Source of the DNA: Squalus acanthias
Lineage: Eukaryota
Assembly (NCBI GenBank): GCA_030390025.1
Contig: CM059431.1
Span: 152,894,001-152,958,000, forward strand
DNA length: 64,000 nucleotides
Direction of reading: 5' to 3'
The notes beneath the pieces are model-generated. The model did not search any database. It saw only the letters and a list, made by a program, of their open reading frames with translations, and was not told the origin of the DNA. The translations under genes and the position numbers were made by a program. Positions 35,658-49,291 of the stretch are shown in pieces (the stretch's first letter is position 1; each line of letters opens with the position of its first letter).

Positions 35658-38600
35658 AGACTCTCTCTTTAATAGTGGTCACTGATGGTGAGACACCCTC
35701 TTTAAAAGGGATGCCTAATGTGGAGATCCAGTTTTTAAAAGGGATTCCTGATGTTGAGACTCTCTTTTTAAAAGGAAAACCTGATTGGGAGATTCTCTCT
35801 TTACAAGGGGTCCCATATGGTGCGACTCCCTCTTTATTATAAATCCCTCATGCTGAAAGATTCTCTTTAAAAGGGTTTCCTGATGGTGAGACTCCCTCTT
35901 TAAAAGGTTTCCCTAACAGTAAGATTCTCTTTAAAATGGGTCCCTGTTAGAAAGACTCCCCTTTTAAAAGGGGTCCATGATGGTGAGACTCCCATTTTAA
36001 AAGTGCACCCTGTTGGGCAAAAACCCTCTTTAAAAGGGGTCCCTGGTGGAGAGACTGTCAATCAAAGGGGTTCCTGACAGGGAAACTCCCTCTTTAAAAG
36101 GGTTCCCTGATGCTGAACCAGCCTCTTTAGAAGGGCTTCTTGATGGTGAGAATCCCTCTTTAAAAGTGGTACCTGATGTGGAGACTCCTTCTTTAAATGG
36201 GGTCCCTAATTTGCGAACACTCTCTCTATAAAGGGGGTCCCTGGTGGTGAAACATCCTCTTTAAAAGGGGTCCCTGATAGAAAGACACTCTCTTTAAAAT
36301 CGACTCTCGAGTTTGAGACTCTCTCTTTAAAAGCGGTCCCTGATGGAGAGACATATACTTTAAAAAGAGGTCCCTGTTGCAGTAACTCCCTCTTTAAAAG
36401 GTATCCCTGATGGAAACACTCCCTCTTTAAACGGGTTCCCTGATGGCGAGACTCTACCTTTAAAATGTGTCCCGAATAGGAAGATTATCATTAAAAGGAG
36501 GTCCTGAAAGAAAGACATCCTCTTTAAAAGGGGTCTCTGATGGTGAGTCCGTCTCTTTAAAAGGGTTCCCTGATGATGAGATTATCTATTTAAAAAGGAT
36601 CCCTGATGCTGAAACACCCTCTTTAAAACGGGACCCTGATAGAAAGTCTCCCTCATTAAAAGGTTCTCTGATGGTGAGACTCCCTCTTTAAATGGGAGCA
36701 CCAATGTGTAGATTCTCTGTTTAAAAATGGTCTCTTATGGTGATTCCCTGTTTAAAAGGGGTCCCTGATTGTAAGACTCCCTCTTTCAAAGTATCTCTAA
36801 CGCCCTCTTTAAGAGTGCTCCCTGATAGAAAGCAACCCTCTATAAAAGGGGTCCCTGAGAAAGACTCTCTCTTTAAAATCGGTTCTCGATGGTGAGAATC
36901 CATCTTTAAAAGATGTCCCTGATAGAAAGACTCTCTCTTTAAAAGTGGTGCAAGTTAGTGATACTCTCTCTTTAAAAGGCGACCATGACGGAGATACTCT
37001 CTCTTTAAAAGCTGTCCCTGATGTAGAGAATATCTCTTTAAAACTGTCCCTGATGCTGAAACTCCCTCTTTAAAAGGTGTCCCAAAAGTGGAGACACCAT
37101 CATTAAAAGTTGTCCCTGATGGAGACACTCAATTCTTCAAAAGGTGTCCCTGATGGAGATACTCCATTTTTAAAAGGGGTCCCTGATGGTGAGACTCCCC
37201 CTTTAATAGGAGTCGCTGATACTGAAAAAAACGTCTTTAATAGGGGTCCCTGATGGTGAGTCTCGGTTATTAAAAGGGGTCCCTGACAGGGATACTCCTC
37301 TTTAAAAGGGGCCTCTGATGGTGAGACTCTCACTTTAAAAAGGGTCCCTGATTCTGAAACACTCTCTTTAAAATGTGTTCTTGATGGTGAGACACCCTCT
37401 TTATAAGTGGTCCCTGATGGTGTGACTCTCTTTTTAACATTGGTCACTGATGGTGAGACTCCTTCTTTCAAAGGGGACCCTGAGTGTGAAACTCCAACAT
37501 TAATAGGGGACCCTGATGACGAGACTCACTCTTTAAAAGGGTTCCCTAATGGCGAGACTCTCTCTTAAAAAAGGAGTCCCTGATTGCGAGACACTCTCTT
37601 TCAAATGTGTCCCTGATGTTGAGACACCCTCTTTAAAAGGGATCCCTGATGGTGAAACTCCCTGTTTAAAAGGGATTGCGAATGGGGAAATTCTCTCTTT
37701 AAGAGGGGTCCTTGATGGTGAAACTCCCTCTTTAAAAGGGGTTCCTGGTGGACAGATTATCTCATAAAAAGGGGTCGCTGACAGGGATACTCCCTCTTTA
37801 AAAGCGGCCACTGATGGTGAGACCCTCTCTTTAAAAGGGGTCCCTGATGCTGGATCAACTTCTTTAAAAAGTGTTTGATGGGGAGACTCCCTCTTAAACG
37901 GGGTCCCCGATGCTGAAACATCCTCTTTAAAAGGAGTCCCTGATGGGGAGTCTCCCTCTTTAAAAGCGGTCCCTAATGGCAAGACTCTATCTTTAAAAGG
38001 GTCCATGATGGTGAGACTCCCTCTTTAAAAAGGATCCCTGATGGTGAGATTCCCTATTTAAATGGGGTCCCTGATGGTGAGACTCTCCCTTTAAAAGGGG
38101 TCCCTGATATCGAGACTCTCTCTTTAAAAGAGTTCCCTGGTAGAGAGAATCTCTCATTAAAAGGGGTCCCTGATGATGAGACTCCCTCTTTAAAAGGGTT
38201 CCCTGGAAGAGAGATTATCTCATTAAAAGGGGTACCTGATGGTGAGACTCTCCCTTTAAAAGGGGTCCCTGACCGCGATAGTCCCTCTTTAAAAGGGACC
38301 CCTGATGCTGAGACTATCTCTTTAAAAGCGGTCCCTGATGCTGAAACACACTCTTTAAAAAGTGTTCTCGATGGTGAGACACCCTTTTTGAAAGTGTTCC
38401 CTGATGGCGAGACTCTCTCTTTAACAGGGGTCAGATGGGTAGACTTTCTCTTCAAAAGGGTCCCGAATGCTGAAACACCATCTTTAAAAGGGGTCACTAA
38501 TGGCGAGACTCTCGCTTAAAAAGTGTTCCCTGATGGTGAGACTCCCTCTTTAAAAGGGGTCCCTGAGTGTGCGATTCTCTCTTTAAAAGGGATCTCAGAT

Positions 38601-39611
38601 GGTCATACTCAGTCTTTAAAAGGGATTCCTGATGGTAAGACTCACTCTTTAAAAGGGCTCCCTGATAGAAAGACTTCCTCTTTAAAAGGGATCGCTGAGG
38701 GTGAGACTCCCTCTTTAAAAGATGCCCCTGATGATGAGACACCCTCTTTAAAAGGCGTCCCTGATGGTGAGACACCCTCTTTAAAAGGCGTCCCTGATGG
38801 TGAGACTCCCTCTTTAAAACGGGTCCCTGATGCTGAAACACCCTCTTTAAAAGGTGTTCTCAATGATGAGACTCACTTTAAAAGGGGTCCCCTGATGGTG
38901 AGACTCTCTCCTTAAAACGGGTCCCTGCTGCTAAAACACCCTCGTTATAAGATGTTCTTGATGGTGAGAGTCCCTCTTTAAAAGTGGTACCAGATGGGGA
39001 GACTCCCTCATTAAAAGGATTCCCTAATGGCGAAATGTCTCTTTAAAAGGGGCCCCTGATAGAAAGACGACCTCTTTAAAAGTGGTCCCAGATAGATAGA
39101 CTCTCTCTTTAAAATAGGTCCACGAGGGTGAGACCCTCTTTAAAAGGGGTCCCTGATGGTGAGACTGCTCTTTAAAAGTTGTCCCTGATGGAGAGACTCC
39201 ATCTTGAAAAGGGGTCCCTGATGAGGAGATACCCTCTTTAAAAGGGGTCCCTGATGGTGAAACTCCCCTTTATAAGGGGTCCCTGTTGGAGAAACTTTCT
39301 ATTTAAAAGCGGCCACTGATAGGGATACTGCCTCTTTAAAAGGGGGCCCTGATGGTGAGACTCTCTATTTAAAAGGGGTGCCTGATTCTGAAACACACTC
39401 TTTAAAACTGGTCCCTGATGGTGAGACTCCCTCTTTAAAGGGGATCCCTGATAAAGATTCCCTCTTCAAAAGTGTCTCCAACGGTGAGACTCTCTCTTTA
39501 AAAGCGATCCCTGATGATGAGACTCTCTCTATAAAAGAGGTCTCTGATGGTGAGACATCCTCTTTAAAAGGAATCCCTGATGTTGAGACTCCCTCTTTAA
39601 AAGGGGTCCCT

Positions 39612-41868
39612 AATAGAAACATAGAAGATAGGAGCAGGAGTAGTCCATTCGGCCCCTCAAGCCTACTCCGCCATTCAATGCGATCATGCTGATAAACCAA
39701 ATTCAGAACCCTGTCCCTGCTTTCTCTCCATATACCTTGATCCCTTTAGCCTTAAGAAATATTTCCATATCCTTCTTGAATATATTTAATGAATTGGCCT
39801 CTACTGCCTCCTGTGGTAGAAAATTCCACAGGTTCACCACTCTCTGGGTGAATAAATTCCTCCTCATTTCTGTCCTAAATGGCTTACCTCTTATCCTTAG
39901 ACTGTGACACCTGGTTACGGACTCCCCGACATCGGGAACATCCTTCCTGCATCTAGTCTGTCCAGTACTGTCAGAATTTTATAAGTTTCAATGAGATCCC
40001 CTCTCATTCTTCTAAACTCCAGCGAGTATAAGCCCAATCGACCCAATCTCTCCTCATACGTCATTCCTGCCATCCCAGGTATCAGCCTGGTGAATCTTCG
40101 CTGAAATCCTTCCATGGCAAGAACCTCCTTCCTCAGATAAGGCGACCAAAGCTGCACACAATACTCAAGATGTGGTCTCACTAAGGCCCTGTACAACTGC
40201 AGCAAGACATCCTTGTTCCTGGACTCAAACCCTCTCGCTACGAAGGCCAACATACCATTTGCCTTCTTAACCGCCTGCTGCACCTGCATGCTTAACTTCA
40301 GCGACTGGTGCACAAGGACACCCAGGTCTCCTTGCACTTCCCCTTTCTCCCAATCTATTGGCATTCAGATAATAATCTGCCTTCCTGTTTTTGACACCAA
40401 AGTGGATAACCTCGCATTTATCCACGTTATATTCCATTTGCCATGCTTCTGCCCAATCAACCAACCTGTCTAAATCATCTTGCATTTTCACGGCATCCTC
40501 CTCACAGCACACACGCCCACCCAGCTTTGTGTCGTCTGCAATCTTGGAGATATTACATCCAGTTCCCTTGTCTAGATCATTAATATATATTGTGAATAGC
40601 TGGGGTCCAAGGACCGATCCCTGCGGTACCCCACTAGGGGTACTCGGAAAAAGATCTGTTTATTCCAACTCTTTGCTTTCTGTCTGCCAACCAGTTCTCT
40701 ATCCAAGTCAATACCTTGCCCCCAATCCCATGTGCCTTAACTTTACAAGGTAATCTCTTATGCGGGACCTTATGGAAAGCCTTTTGGAAGTCCAAATACA
40801 CCACATGCACTGGTTCTCCCTTATCTATTTTACCAGTTGCATCCTCAAAAAATTCCAGTAGATTAGTCAAGCAGGATTTACCTTTTGTAAATCCATGTTG
40901 ACTTTGTCCGATCCTGTCACTGTTTTCCAATTGCTCAGCTATTACATCTTTTATAATGAACTCTAGCATTTTCCCCACTACCGATGTCAGGCTTACCGAT
41001 CTGTAATTCCCGTTTTCTGTCTACCACCTTTTTTGAATAGTGGGGTAACATTAGCCACCCTCCAATCCATGGGTATTGTTCCAGATGCCATCGAATGTTG
41101 GAAGATGATCAGCAATGCATCTACTATTTCTAGGGCCACTTCCTTAAGTACCCTAGGATGTAGATTATCAGGCCTGGGGGATTTATCGGCCTTCAATGCC
41201 GTCAATTTCCCTAACACCATTGCACTGCAAATACTGATTTCTTTCAGTTCCTCGCTTTCATCAGACCCTATGTTCCTCGACATCTCTGGGAGGTTATTTG
41301 TGTCCTCCTTTATGAAGACAGAACCAAAATATGTATTTAATTGGTCTGCCATTTCTTTGTTCCCCATTATAAGTTCCCCTGATTCTGACTGCAAGGGACC
41401 TACGCTTGACTTCACCAATCTTTTTCTCTTCGAATATCTGTAAAAACTTTTTCACTCAGTTTTTATGATCCCTGCAAGCTTACTCTCATATTCCATTCTC
41501 CCCTTCTTAATTAATCCCTATGTCCTCCTTTGTTGACTCCTGAACTATTCCCAATCCTCAGGTTTTCTGCTTTTTCTGGCCAATTTATATGTCCTCTCCT
41601 TGGTCCTTATGCTATCCCTAATTTCCCTTGTTAGCCACGGTTGAGTCACCTTTTTTGTTTTATTCTTATGCCAGACTGGGATGAACAAATTCTGTAGTTC
41701 ATCCATGCGGTCATTGAAAATTTGTCATTGCCTATTCACCGTCAACCCTTTGAGTGACATTCCCCAATCAATCCTACCCAACTCGTGCCTCATACCATCG
41801 TAGTTTCATTTATTTATATTCAGGACTCTAGTCTCTGAATCTACTACTTCACTCTCAATCTTAATGAT
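39612..41868 (-). mobile_element. 5'-truncated degenerate CR1 LINE
   Basis: RT remnants (ORFs 39915-41418) and CR1 3' tail at 39612-39700. Confidence 0.93.
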
Positions 41869-44800
41869 AAAAAGACTCTCTTTAAATGGGATCCTTGATG
41901 GTGAGACACCCTCTTTAAAAGGGGTACCCTGGTGGAGCGACTCTCTCAATTTAAGGGGTCCCTGAAGGGGATACACCATCTTTACAAGGGATCCCTGATG
42001 GTGAGACACCCTCTTTAAAATGGGTCGCTGATGGAGTGACCCCCTCTATAAAGGTTGCTCCTGATGGTGAGACTCCCTCTTTAAAATGGGACCCTGATGG
42101 TGAGACTCTCATTTAACGGGGTCCCTGATGGCGAGATTCTCTCTTTAAAAGGGGTCCCTGATGATGGGACACCGTCTTAAAAAGGGTCCCTGATGGAGAG
42201 ACACCATCTTTAAAAGGGGAACCCTGATGCTGAAACACCCTCTTTAAAAGGGGTTCCTGATGGTGAGACTCCCTATTTAAAAAGGGTCCCTGATGTTGAG
42301 ACACACTCTTTAGAAGGGATCGCTGATGGTGAGACTTCCTCTTTAAAGAGAGAGACACACTCTTTAAAAGGGATCCTTGATGGTGCGTCTCATTCTTTAA
42401 ACGTGATTCCTGATGTTAAGACTCTGTCTTTAATGGGATCCCTGATGTTGAGACCCAATCTTTAAAAGGGATCCCTGATGGTGAGACCCACTCTTTAAAG
42501 GGATCCCTGATGGTGAAACTCTCCCTTTAAAAGTGCTCTCTGATGGAATGACTGCCTCTTTAAAAGTTCTTTGAAGGCGAGATTTTCTCTTTCCGAGGGA
42601 TCCCTGATGAAGAGACTCTCTCGATAAAAGGGGTCTCTGATTTTGAGACTCCCACTTTAAAAGGGTTCCCTGATGCCGAGATTCTCTCTTTAAAAGATGT
42701 CCTTGATGATCAGGCACACTCTTTAAAAGGGGTCCCTGGTAAAGAGACACTCTCATTAAAAGGGGTCCCTGATGGAGAGAATCCCGCTTTAAAAGGGGCC
42801 CCTGATTCTGAAACTCCCTCTTTGAAATGGGTCCCTGATGGAAAGACTCTCTCTTTAAAAGGGTTACCTGATAGAAAGACTCTCTCTTTAAAATGTGTCC
42901 CCGAGGGTTAGATTCCCTCTTTAAAAGGGGTCACTGAGAGAAAGGGTTCACTGATAGGGAAACTGCCTCTTTAAAATGTGGTCCCTAATGGTGAAACTCC
43001 CTCTTTAAAAGGGGTCCCTGATGGTGAGACTCCCTCTTTAAAATGGTCCCTGATGGGGAGACACCCTCTTTCAAATGTGTTCCTGATGGAGACTCTCCCT
43101 CTTTAAAAGGGTTTCCTGATGGAGGATCTCTCTTTAAAAGTTGTCCTTAAAAGGAAGATTCTCTTTAAAAGGTGTCCCTGATAGGATGACTCCCTCTTTA
43201 AAAGGGGACCTGGATAGAAAGACTCTCTCTTTAAAATGGGCCCCCAAGGCTGAGATTCCCTATTTAAAAGCGGTCCCTGATAGAAAGACTCCCTCTTCAA
43301 AAGGGTCTCTGATTGCGAGACTCCCTCTTTAAAAGGAATCCCTAATGGGGAGACATCCCTTTAAAAGTGACCCCTGTTGGTGAGAGTCTCTTAAAAAGTG
43401 GTCCCTGATGCTGAAACACCCTCTTTATAAGGGATTCCTGATGGTGAGACTCTCTCTTTCAAATGGATCCCTGATGTATAGATGCCCTATTTAAAAGGGG
43501 TCCCTGATCGAAAAACTCTCTCTTTAAAACGGGTCCCTAATGTAGAGACACCCCCATTAAAAGGTATCCCTGATGCTGAGAATCTCTCTTTAAAAGGGGT
43601 CTCCTTAATTGTGAGATCCCCTCTTTAAAAGGGGTCCCTGATGGTGAGACTAACTGTTTAAAAGGGGACCCTGATGTTGAGATTCTCTCTTTAAAAGGGA
43701 TCACTGATAGTGAGAGTCATTCTCTAAAAGGTGTCCCTGATGGTGTGACATCCTCTTTAAAAGCGGGCCCTGATGGCGAGATCTCTCTTTAAAATGGGTC
43801 CCTGATGTAGAGACTATCTCTTCAAAAACTGTCCCTGATGCTTAAACTCCCTCTTTAAAAGTGGTCCCTGATGGCGAGACGCCCTCTTTAAAATTGTCCC
43901 TGATGCGGAGAAACCCTCTTTAAAAGATGTCCCTGATGGTGAGACTCTCGCTTTAACAGGTGTGCCTAATAGGAAGATTCTCTTTAAAAGGGAAACTGAC
44001 TTTTTAAATGGGGTCACTGATGGTGAGACTCCCTCTTTAAAAGGGGTCCCTGATGGGGAGACACCCTCTTTAAAAGGTGTCCCACATTGAGCCACACCCT
44101 CTTTCAAAGTGGTCCCTAATAGACTCTCCCTTTAAAAGGGGACCTTGATAGAAAGACTCTCTCTTTGAAATGGGTCCCAAAGGGAGAGACTCCCTAATTA
44201 AGCGAGCTACCTGACAGAAATACGCCCTCTTTAAATGCGTCTCTGATGCCGAGACTCCCTCTTTAAAAGCGTTCCCTAATGGTGATACTCTCTCTTTAAA
44301 AGGGGTCCCTGATAGAGAGACAGCTCACTTTAAAATAGGTCCCTGATGCTGAAACAACCTGTTTAAAAGGGGTCGCAGATGGTGGGACTCCCTCTTTAAA
44401 TAGGGTCCCTAATAGGGAGACTCTCACTTTTAAATGGTTCCCTGATAGAAAGACTCCCTATTTAAAATGGGTCCCTGATGATGAAACACCTCTTTAAAAC
44501 GGGTCCCTGATGGTTAGTCTCCCACTATAAAAAGGGGTCCCTGTTGGCGAGACTCCCTGTTTAAAATGGGTCTCTTTAAAAGTTCTCCCAGATGGAGACA
44601 CCCCCTCTTTAAAACGTGCCCCTGATGGTGAGACCCTCTCTTTAAATGGTGTGCCTACTAGGAGAATTCTCTTTAAAAGGGGTCCCTGCTAAAATGGCCC
44701 TTGATATAAAAAAATCACGCTTTCAAATGGGTTCTCGAGGGTGACTCTCTCTTTAAAAGAGATACCTGATGGCGAGATTCTCTCTTTAAAACATGCCCCT

Positions 44801-46265
44801 GATGCTGAGACACCCTCTTTAAAAGGGGTCCTAATGGTGAGATTCTCTCTTTAAACGGGTTCCTGATGGAGAGACTATCTCTTTAAAAGCGGTCCCTGAT
44901 TCTGAAACTCCCTCTGTAAAAGGGGTCCCTGGTGGAGAGACACTTTCATTTAAATGGGTCGCTGACAGGTAAAGTCCCTCCTAAAAGGTGCCACTGATGG
45001 TGATACTATCTCTTTAAAAGGGGTCCTTGATGGCGAGACTCTCTTTAAAAGAGATCCCTGATAGAAAGAGGCCCTCTTTAAAAGGTGTCTGTGATAGAAA
45101 GACTCCCTGTTTCAAAGGGGTCCCTGATGTGGACACTCCCTGTTAAAAAGGGATCCCTGATAGCCAGATTCACTCTATAAAAGGGGACCCTGATGGTGAG
45201 ACTATCTCTTTAAAATGTGTTCCTAATGCTGAAACACCCTCCTTAAAATTATTCCCTATTATGGAAACTCTCACTTTTAAAAGGTTCCTGATAGAAAGAC
45301 TCCCTCTTTAAAAGGGCTCCCTGATGGTGAGACACTCTCTTTAAAAGATGTCCCTGATATAGAGACAAACTCTTTAAAAGCGGTCCCTGATGTTGAAACT
45401 CCCTGTGTAAAAGGGGTCCCGGATGGTGTGACTCCCTCTTTAAAAGGGGTCCCTGGTGGATAGACTCTTTCATTAAAATGGGTCTCTGATGCTGGAACAC
45501 CTTCTTTAAAATGGATTCCTTATGGGGAGACTCCCTCTTTAAAAGGGGTCCTTGATGGCGAGACTCTCTCTTTAAAATTCTCCGTGATAGAATGACACCA
45601 TCTTGAAAAGTTGTCCCTGATGGAGACACTCCCTCTTTAAAAGGTGCTCCTGATGGTGCGACTCTCTCTTTAAATGGTGTGCCTAATAGGAAGATTCTCT
45701 ATAAAAGTTGCCCCTAATAAAAAGAACTCTCTCTTTAAAAATGGCGTGATAGAAAGACTCTCTCTTTAAAATGGGTCCTCGAGGGTGACTCACTCTTTAA
45801 AAGGGTTCCCGGATAGTAAGAATTCCGCTTTAAAAGGGGGCCCTAATGGTGACTCTCTCTTTAAAAGTGATCCCTGTTGGTGAGACTCGCTCTTTAAAAC
45901 GTGTCCTTAAAAGGGAGAATCTCACTTTTAAGGGTTCCTAACAGAAAGACTTCCTTTAAAAGGCGTCCCTAATAGTGAGATTATCTCTATAAACGGATTC
46001 ATGATGTTGAGACTATCTCTTTAAAAGTGCTCCGTGATGCTGAACCTTCCTCTGTAAAAGGGGTCCCTGATGCTGAAACAACTTCTTTAAAATGGTTTCC
46101 TGATGGTGAGCCTCCCTCTTTAAAATGGGTTATTGATGGCGACACACTCGCTTTAGAATTGCTCCCTGATAGAAAGACACCCTCTTTAAAAGGGTTCCGT
46201 GATAGAAAGACGGCCTCTTTAAAAGGGGTGCTGATAGAAACACTATCTTTAAAAGGGGACCCTGA
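41869..46265 (+). repeat. 33-bp satellite array
   Basis: Same monomer. Confidence 0.95.
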
Positions 46266-49200
46266 TTGAATCATAGAAACATAGAAGATAGGAGCAGGAG
46301 TAGGCCATTCAGCCGCTCGAGCCTGCTCCGCCTTTGAATGAGATCATGGCTGATCATACAAATTCAGTACCCTCTCCCTGCTTTCTCTCCATATCCCTTG
46401 ATCCTTTCAGCTTTGATAAATATATCTAACTCCTTCTTGAATATATTTAATTAATTGGCCTCTACTGCCTTCTGTGGTACAGAATTCCACAGGTTCACCG
46501 CTCTCTGGGTGAATAAATTCCTCCTCATCTCAGTCCTAAATGGATTACCCCATATCCTTAGAGTGTGACCCCTTGCTCTGGACACGCCGGCTATCAGGAA
46601 CATCCTTCCTGTAACTAATCTGTCTAGTTCTGTTAGAATGTTATATTTTCAATTAGATCCCCTCTCATTCTTCTAAACTCCAGCGAGTATAAGCCCAATC
46701 GACCCAATCTCTCCTCATACGTCATTCCTGCCATAGCAGGTATCAGCCTGCTGAATCTTCGCTGCACTCCCTCCATGGCAAGAACATCCTTCCTCTGATA
46801 AGGCGACCAAAACTGCACACAATACTCAAGATGTGGTATCACCAAGGCCCTGTACAACTGCAACAAGACATCCCTCTTCCTGTACTCGAACCCTTTCGCT
46901 ACGACGGCCAACATACTTTTGCCTTCTTAACCGTCTGCTGCACCTGCATGTTTACCTTCAGCGACTGGTGCACAAGAACACCCAGGTCTCGTTGGACTGG
47001 CCCTTCTCCCAATCTATTGCTAGTCAGATAATAATCTGCCTTCCTGTTTTTGACAACAAAGTGGATAACCTCGCATTTATTCACATTATATTGCATCTGC
47101 CATGATTCTGCCCAATCACCCAACCTGTCCAAATCATACTGGAGTTTCTCGGCATCCTCCTAACGCCACACACACCCACCCAGATTTGTGTCGTCTGCAA
47201 ACTTGGAGATATTACATCCAATTCCCTCGTCTAGATCATCAATATATATTCTGAATAGCTGGGGTCCTAGGACCGATCCCTGCGGTACTCACTAGTCACT
47301 GCCTGCCACTTTGAAAAAGACCCGTTTATTTCAACTCTTTGCTTTCTGTCTGCCAACCAGTTCTCTATCCAAGTCAATACCAGAGTCTATCGAATTTTGG
47401 AAGATGACCAGCAATGCATCTACTGTTTCTCGGTCCACTTCCTTAAGTACCCTAGGATGTAGATTATCAGGCCCTGGGGAGTTATCGGCCTTCAATCCTG
47501 TCAATTTCCCGAACACTATTTCCATACAAATACTGATTTATTTCAGTTTCTCCCACTCATTAGATCCTATTTTCCCCGACATCTCTGGGAATTTGTTTCT
47601 GTCCTACTTTGTGAAGACAGAACTAAAGTATGTATTTAATTGGTCTGCCATTTCTTTGTTCCCCATTATAAGTTTCTCTGATTCTGACTGCAAGGTACCT
47701 ATGCTTGACTTCACCAATCTTTTTCTCTTCACATATCTATAAAAGCTTTTACAGTCTGTTTTTATGTTCCTCGCAAGATTACTCTCATACTCTATTTTCC
47801 CCCTCTTAATTAAACCCTTTGTCATTCTTTGCTGAATCATATTCTGCTCCCAATCCTCAGGATTTCTGCTTTTTCTGGACAATTCATATGTCCTCTCCTT
47901 GGACCTTATGTTATCCCTAATTTCCCTTGTTAGCCACGGTTGAGTCACCTTTTTTGTTTTATTCTGATGCCAAACTGGGATGAACAAATTCTATGCGGTC
48001 ATTGAAAATTTGTCATTTCCTATTCACCGCCTATATATTCCCCTTACAATAGAATTCCCTATCACTGTAGCTCTACCCATCTTTTTCCTCCCGTCCTGTG
48101 CAGTAGAACCACCCCTGGTGCCAGGAAGTTGGCTGCTGCTGCCTTCCCCCGATAAGCCATCCCCCTCAACAGTATCTAAAGCGGTATATCTGTTTGAGAT
48201 GGGGATGTCCACAGGGGACTCCTGCACTACCTGGCTGCACCTACTACTCTGCCTGGTGTTCACCCATTCAGTTTCTTCCTGTGCAACCTTTACCTGCGGT
48301 GTGACCAACTGGTTAAATGTGCTATCCACGAGGTCATCAGAATCGCGAATGCTCCAGTATGCATTAATTCGCAGCTCCAGCGCCGCAATGCGGTCTGCCA
48401 GTAGCAGTAGCTGGATACACTTCCTGGACATATGGTCCTCAGGGACACAGGAAGTGTCCCCGATTTTCCACATAGTGCAGGAGGAGCATATCACGGCGCC
48501 GAGCTGTGTTGCCATGACTTACCCTTTAATTAATTGAACTTAAATTTAATCAAGTCAATCCCGTCAATTAAACTATAATTAAATGATGTAGGGCCCTTGC
48601 TTACCAACTGTCTCCGCTACACCACAAAGACCCTTTGTGGGCCTACCTGGTCGCTGCCGCCTTATACTGCCGCCGCCTCGCCGCTGTTGCTACACCCAGG
48701 TCCGTCGACTTTGTGGGCCTACCTGGTCGCTGCCGCCTTATACTGCCACCGCATCGCCACTGTTGCTCCACCCAGGTCCGCCGCCTCTATTGGCATACCT
48801 GGTCTGTGCCGCCTTATACTGCCGCCGCCTCGCCGCTGTTGCTCCACCCAGGTCCGTCGCCTCTGTGGGCCTACCTGGTCTGTGCCAACTTATACTGCCG
48901 CCGCCTCGCCGCTGTTGCTCCACCCAGGTCCGCCGCCTCTGTGGGCCTACCTGGTCTGTGCCGCCTTATACTGTCGCCACCTCGCCGCTGTTGCTCCACC
49001 CAGGTCCGCCGCCTTTGTGGGCCTACCTGGTCGGTGCCACCTTATACTGCCGCCGCCTCGCCGCTGTTGCTCCACCCAGGTCCGCCGCCTCTGTGGGCCT
49101 ACCTGGTCGCTGCCGCCTTATACAGCCGCCGCCTCGCCACTGTTGCTCCACCCAGGCCCGCCGCCTTTGTGGACTACCTGGTCGCTGCCGCCTTTTACTG

Positions 49201-49291
49201 CCACCGCCTCGCCGCTGTCGCTCCACACAGGTCCGCCGCCTTTGAGTCAGCTAGTGCCAAACTCGCAGTTTAACACTCTGTTCCGATCTGC
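46266..49291 (-). mobile_element. Internally deleted CR1 LINE retaining 5'UTR, ORF1 N-terminus and 3' tail
   Basis: 76-bp 5' monomers; ORF1 remnant 48515-48024 (CSSCTMW...GNSIVRG); deletions near 48025 (esterase + APE) and ~47378 (RT N-part); tail at 46266-46360. Confidence 0.92.
48632..49243 (-). repeat. 76-bp GC-rich tandem monomers (~8 copies) in the CR1 5'UTR
   Basis: GCCTACCTGGTC-type motif at 48641, 48717, 48793... (period 76). Confidence 0.9.

Larger units (their letters stand above)
18900..39611 (+). repeat. 33-bp satellite array (forward), interrupted by LTR-like copies B-E and a second minisatellite
   Basis: Tandem TCCCTGATGGTGAGACTCCCTCTTTAAAAGGGG; frequent variants TGATAGAAAGAC and TGATGCTGAAAC. 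Confidence 0.95.
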
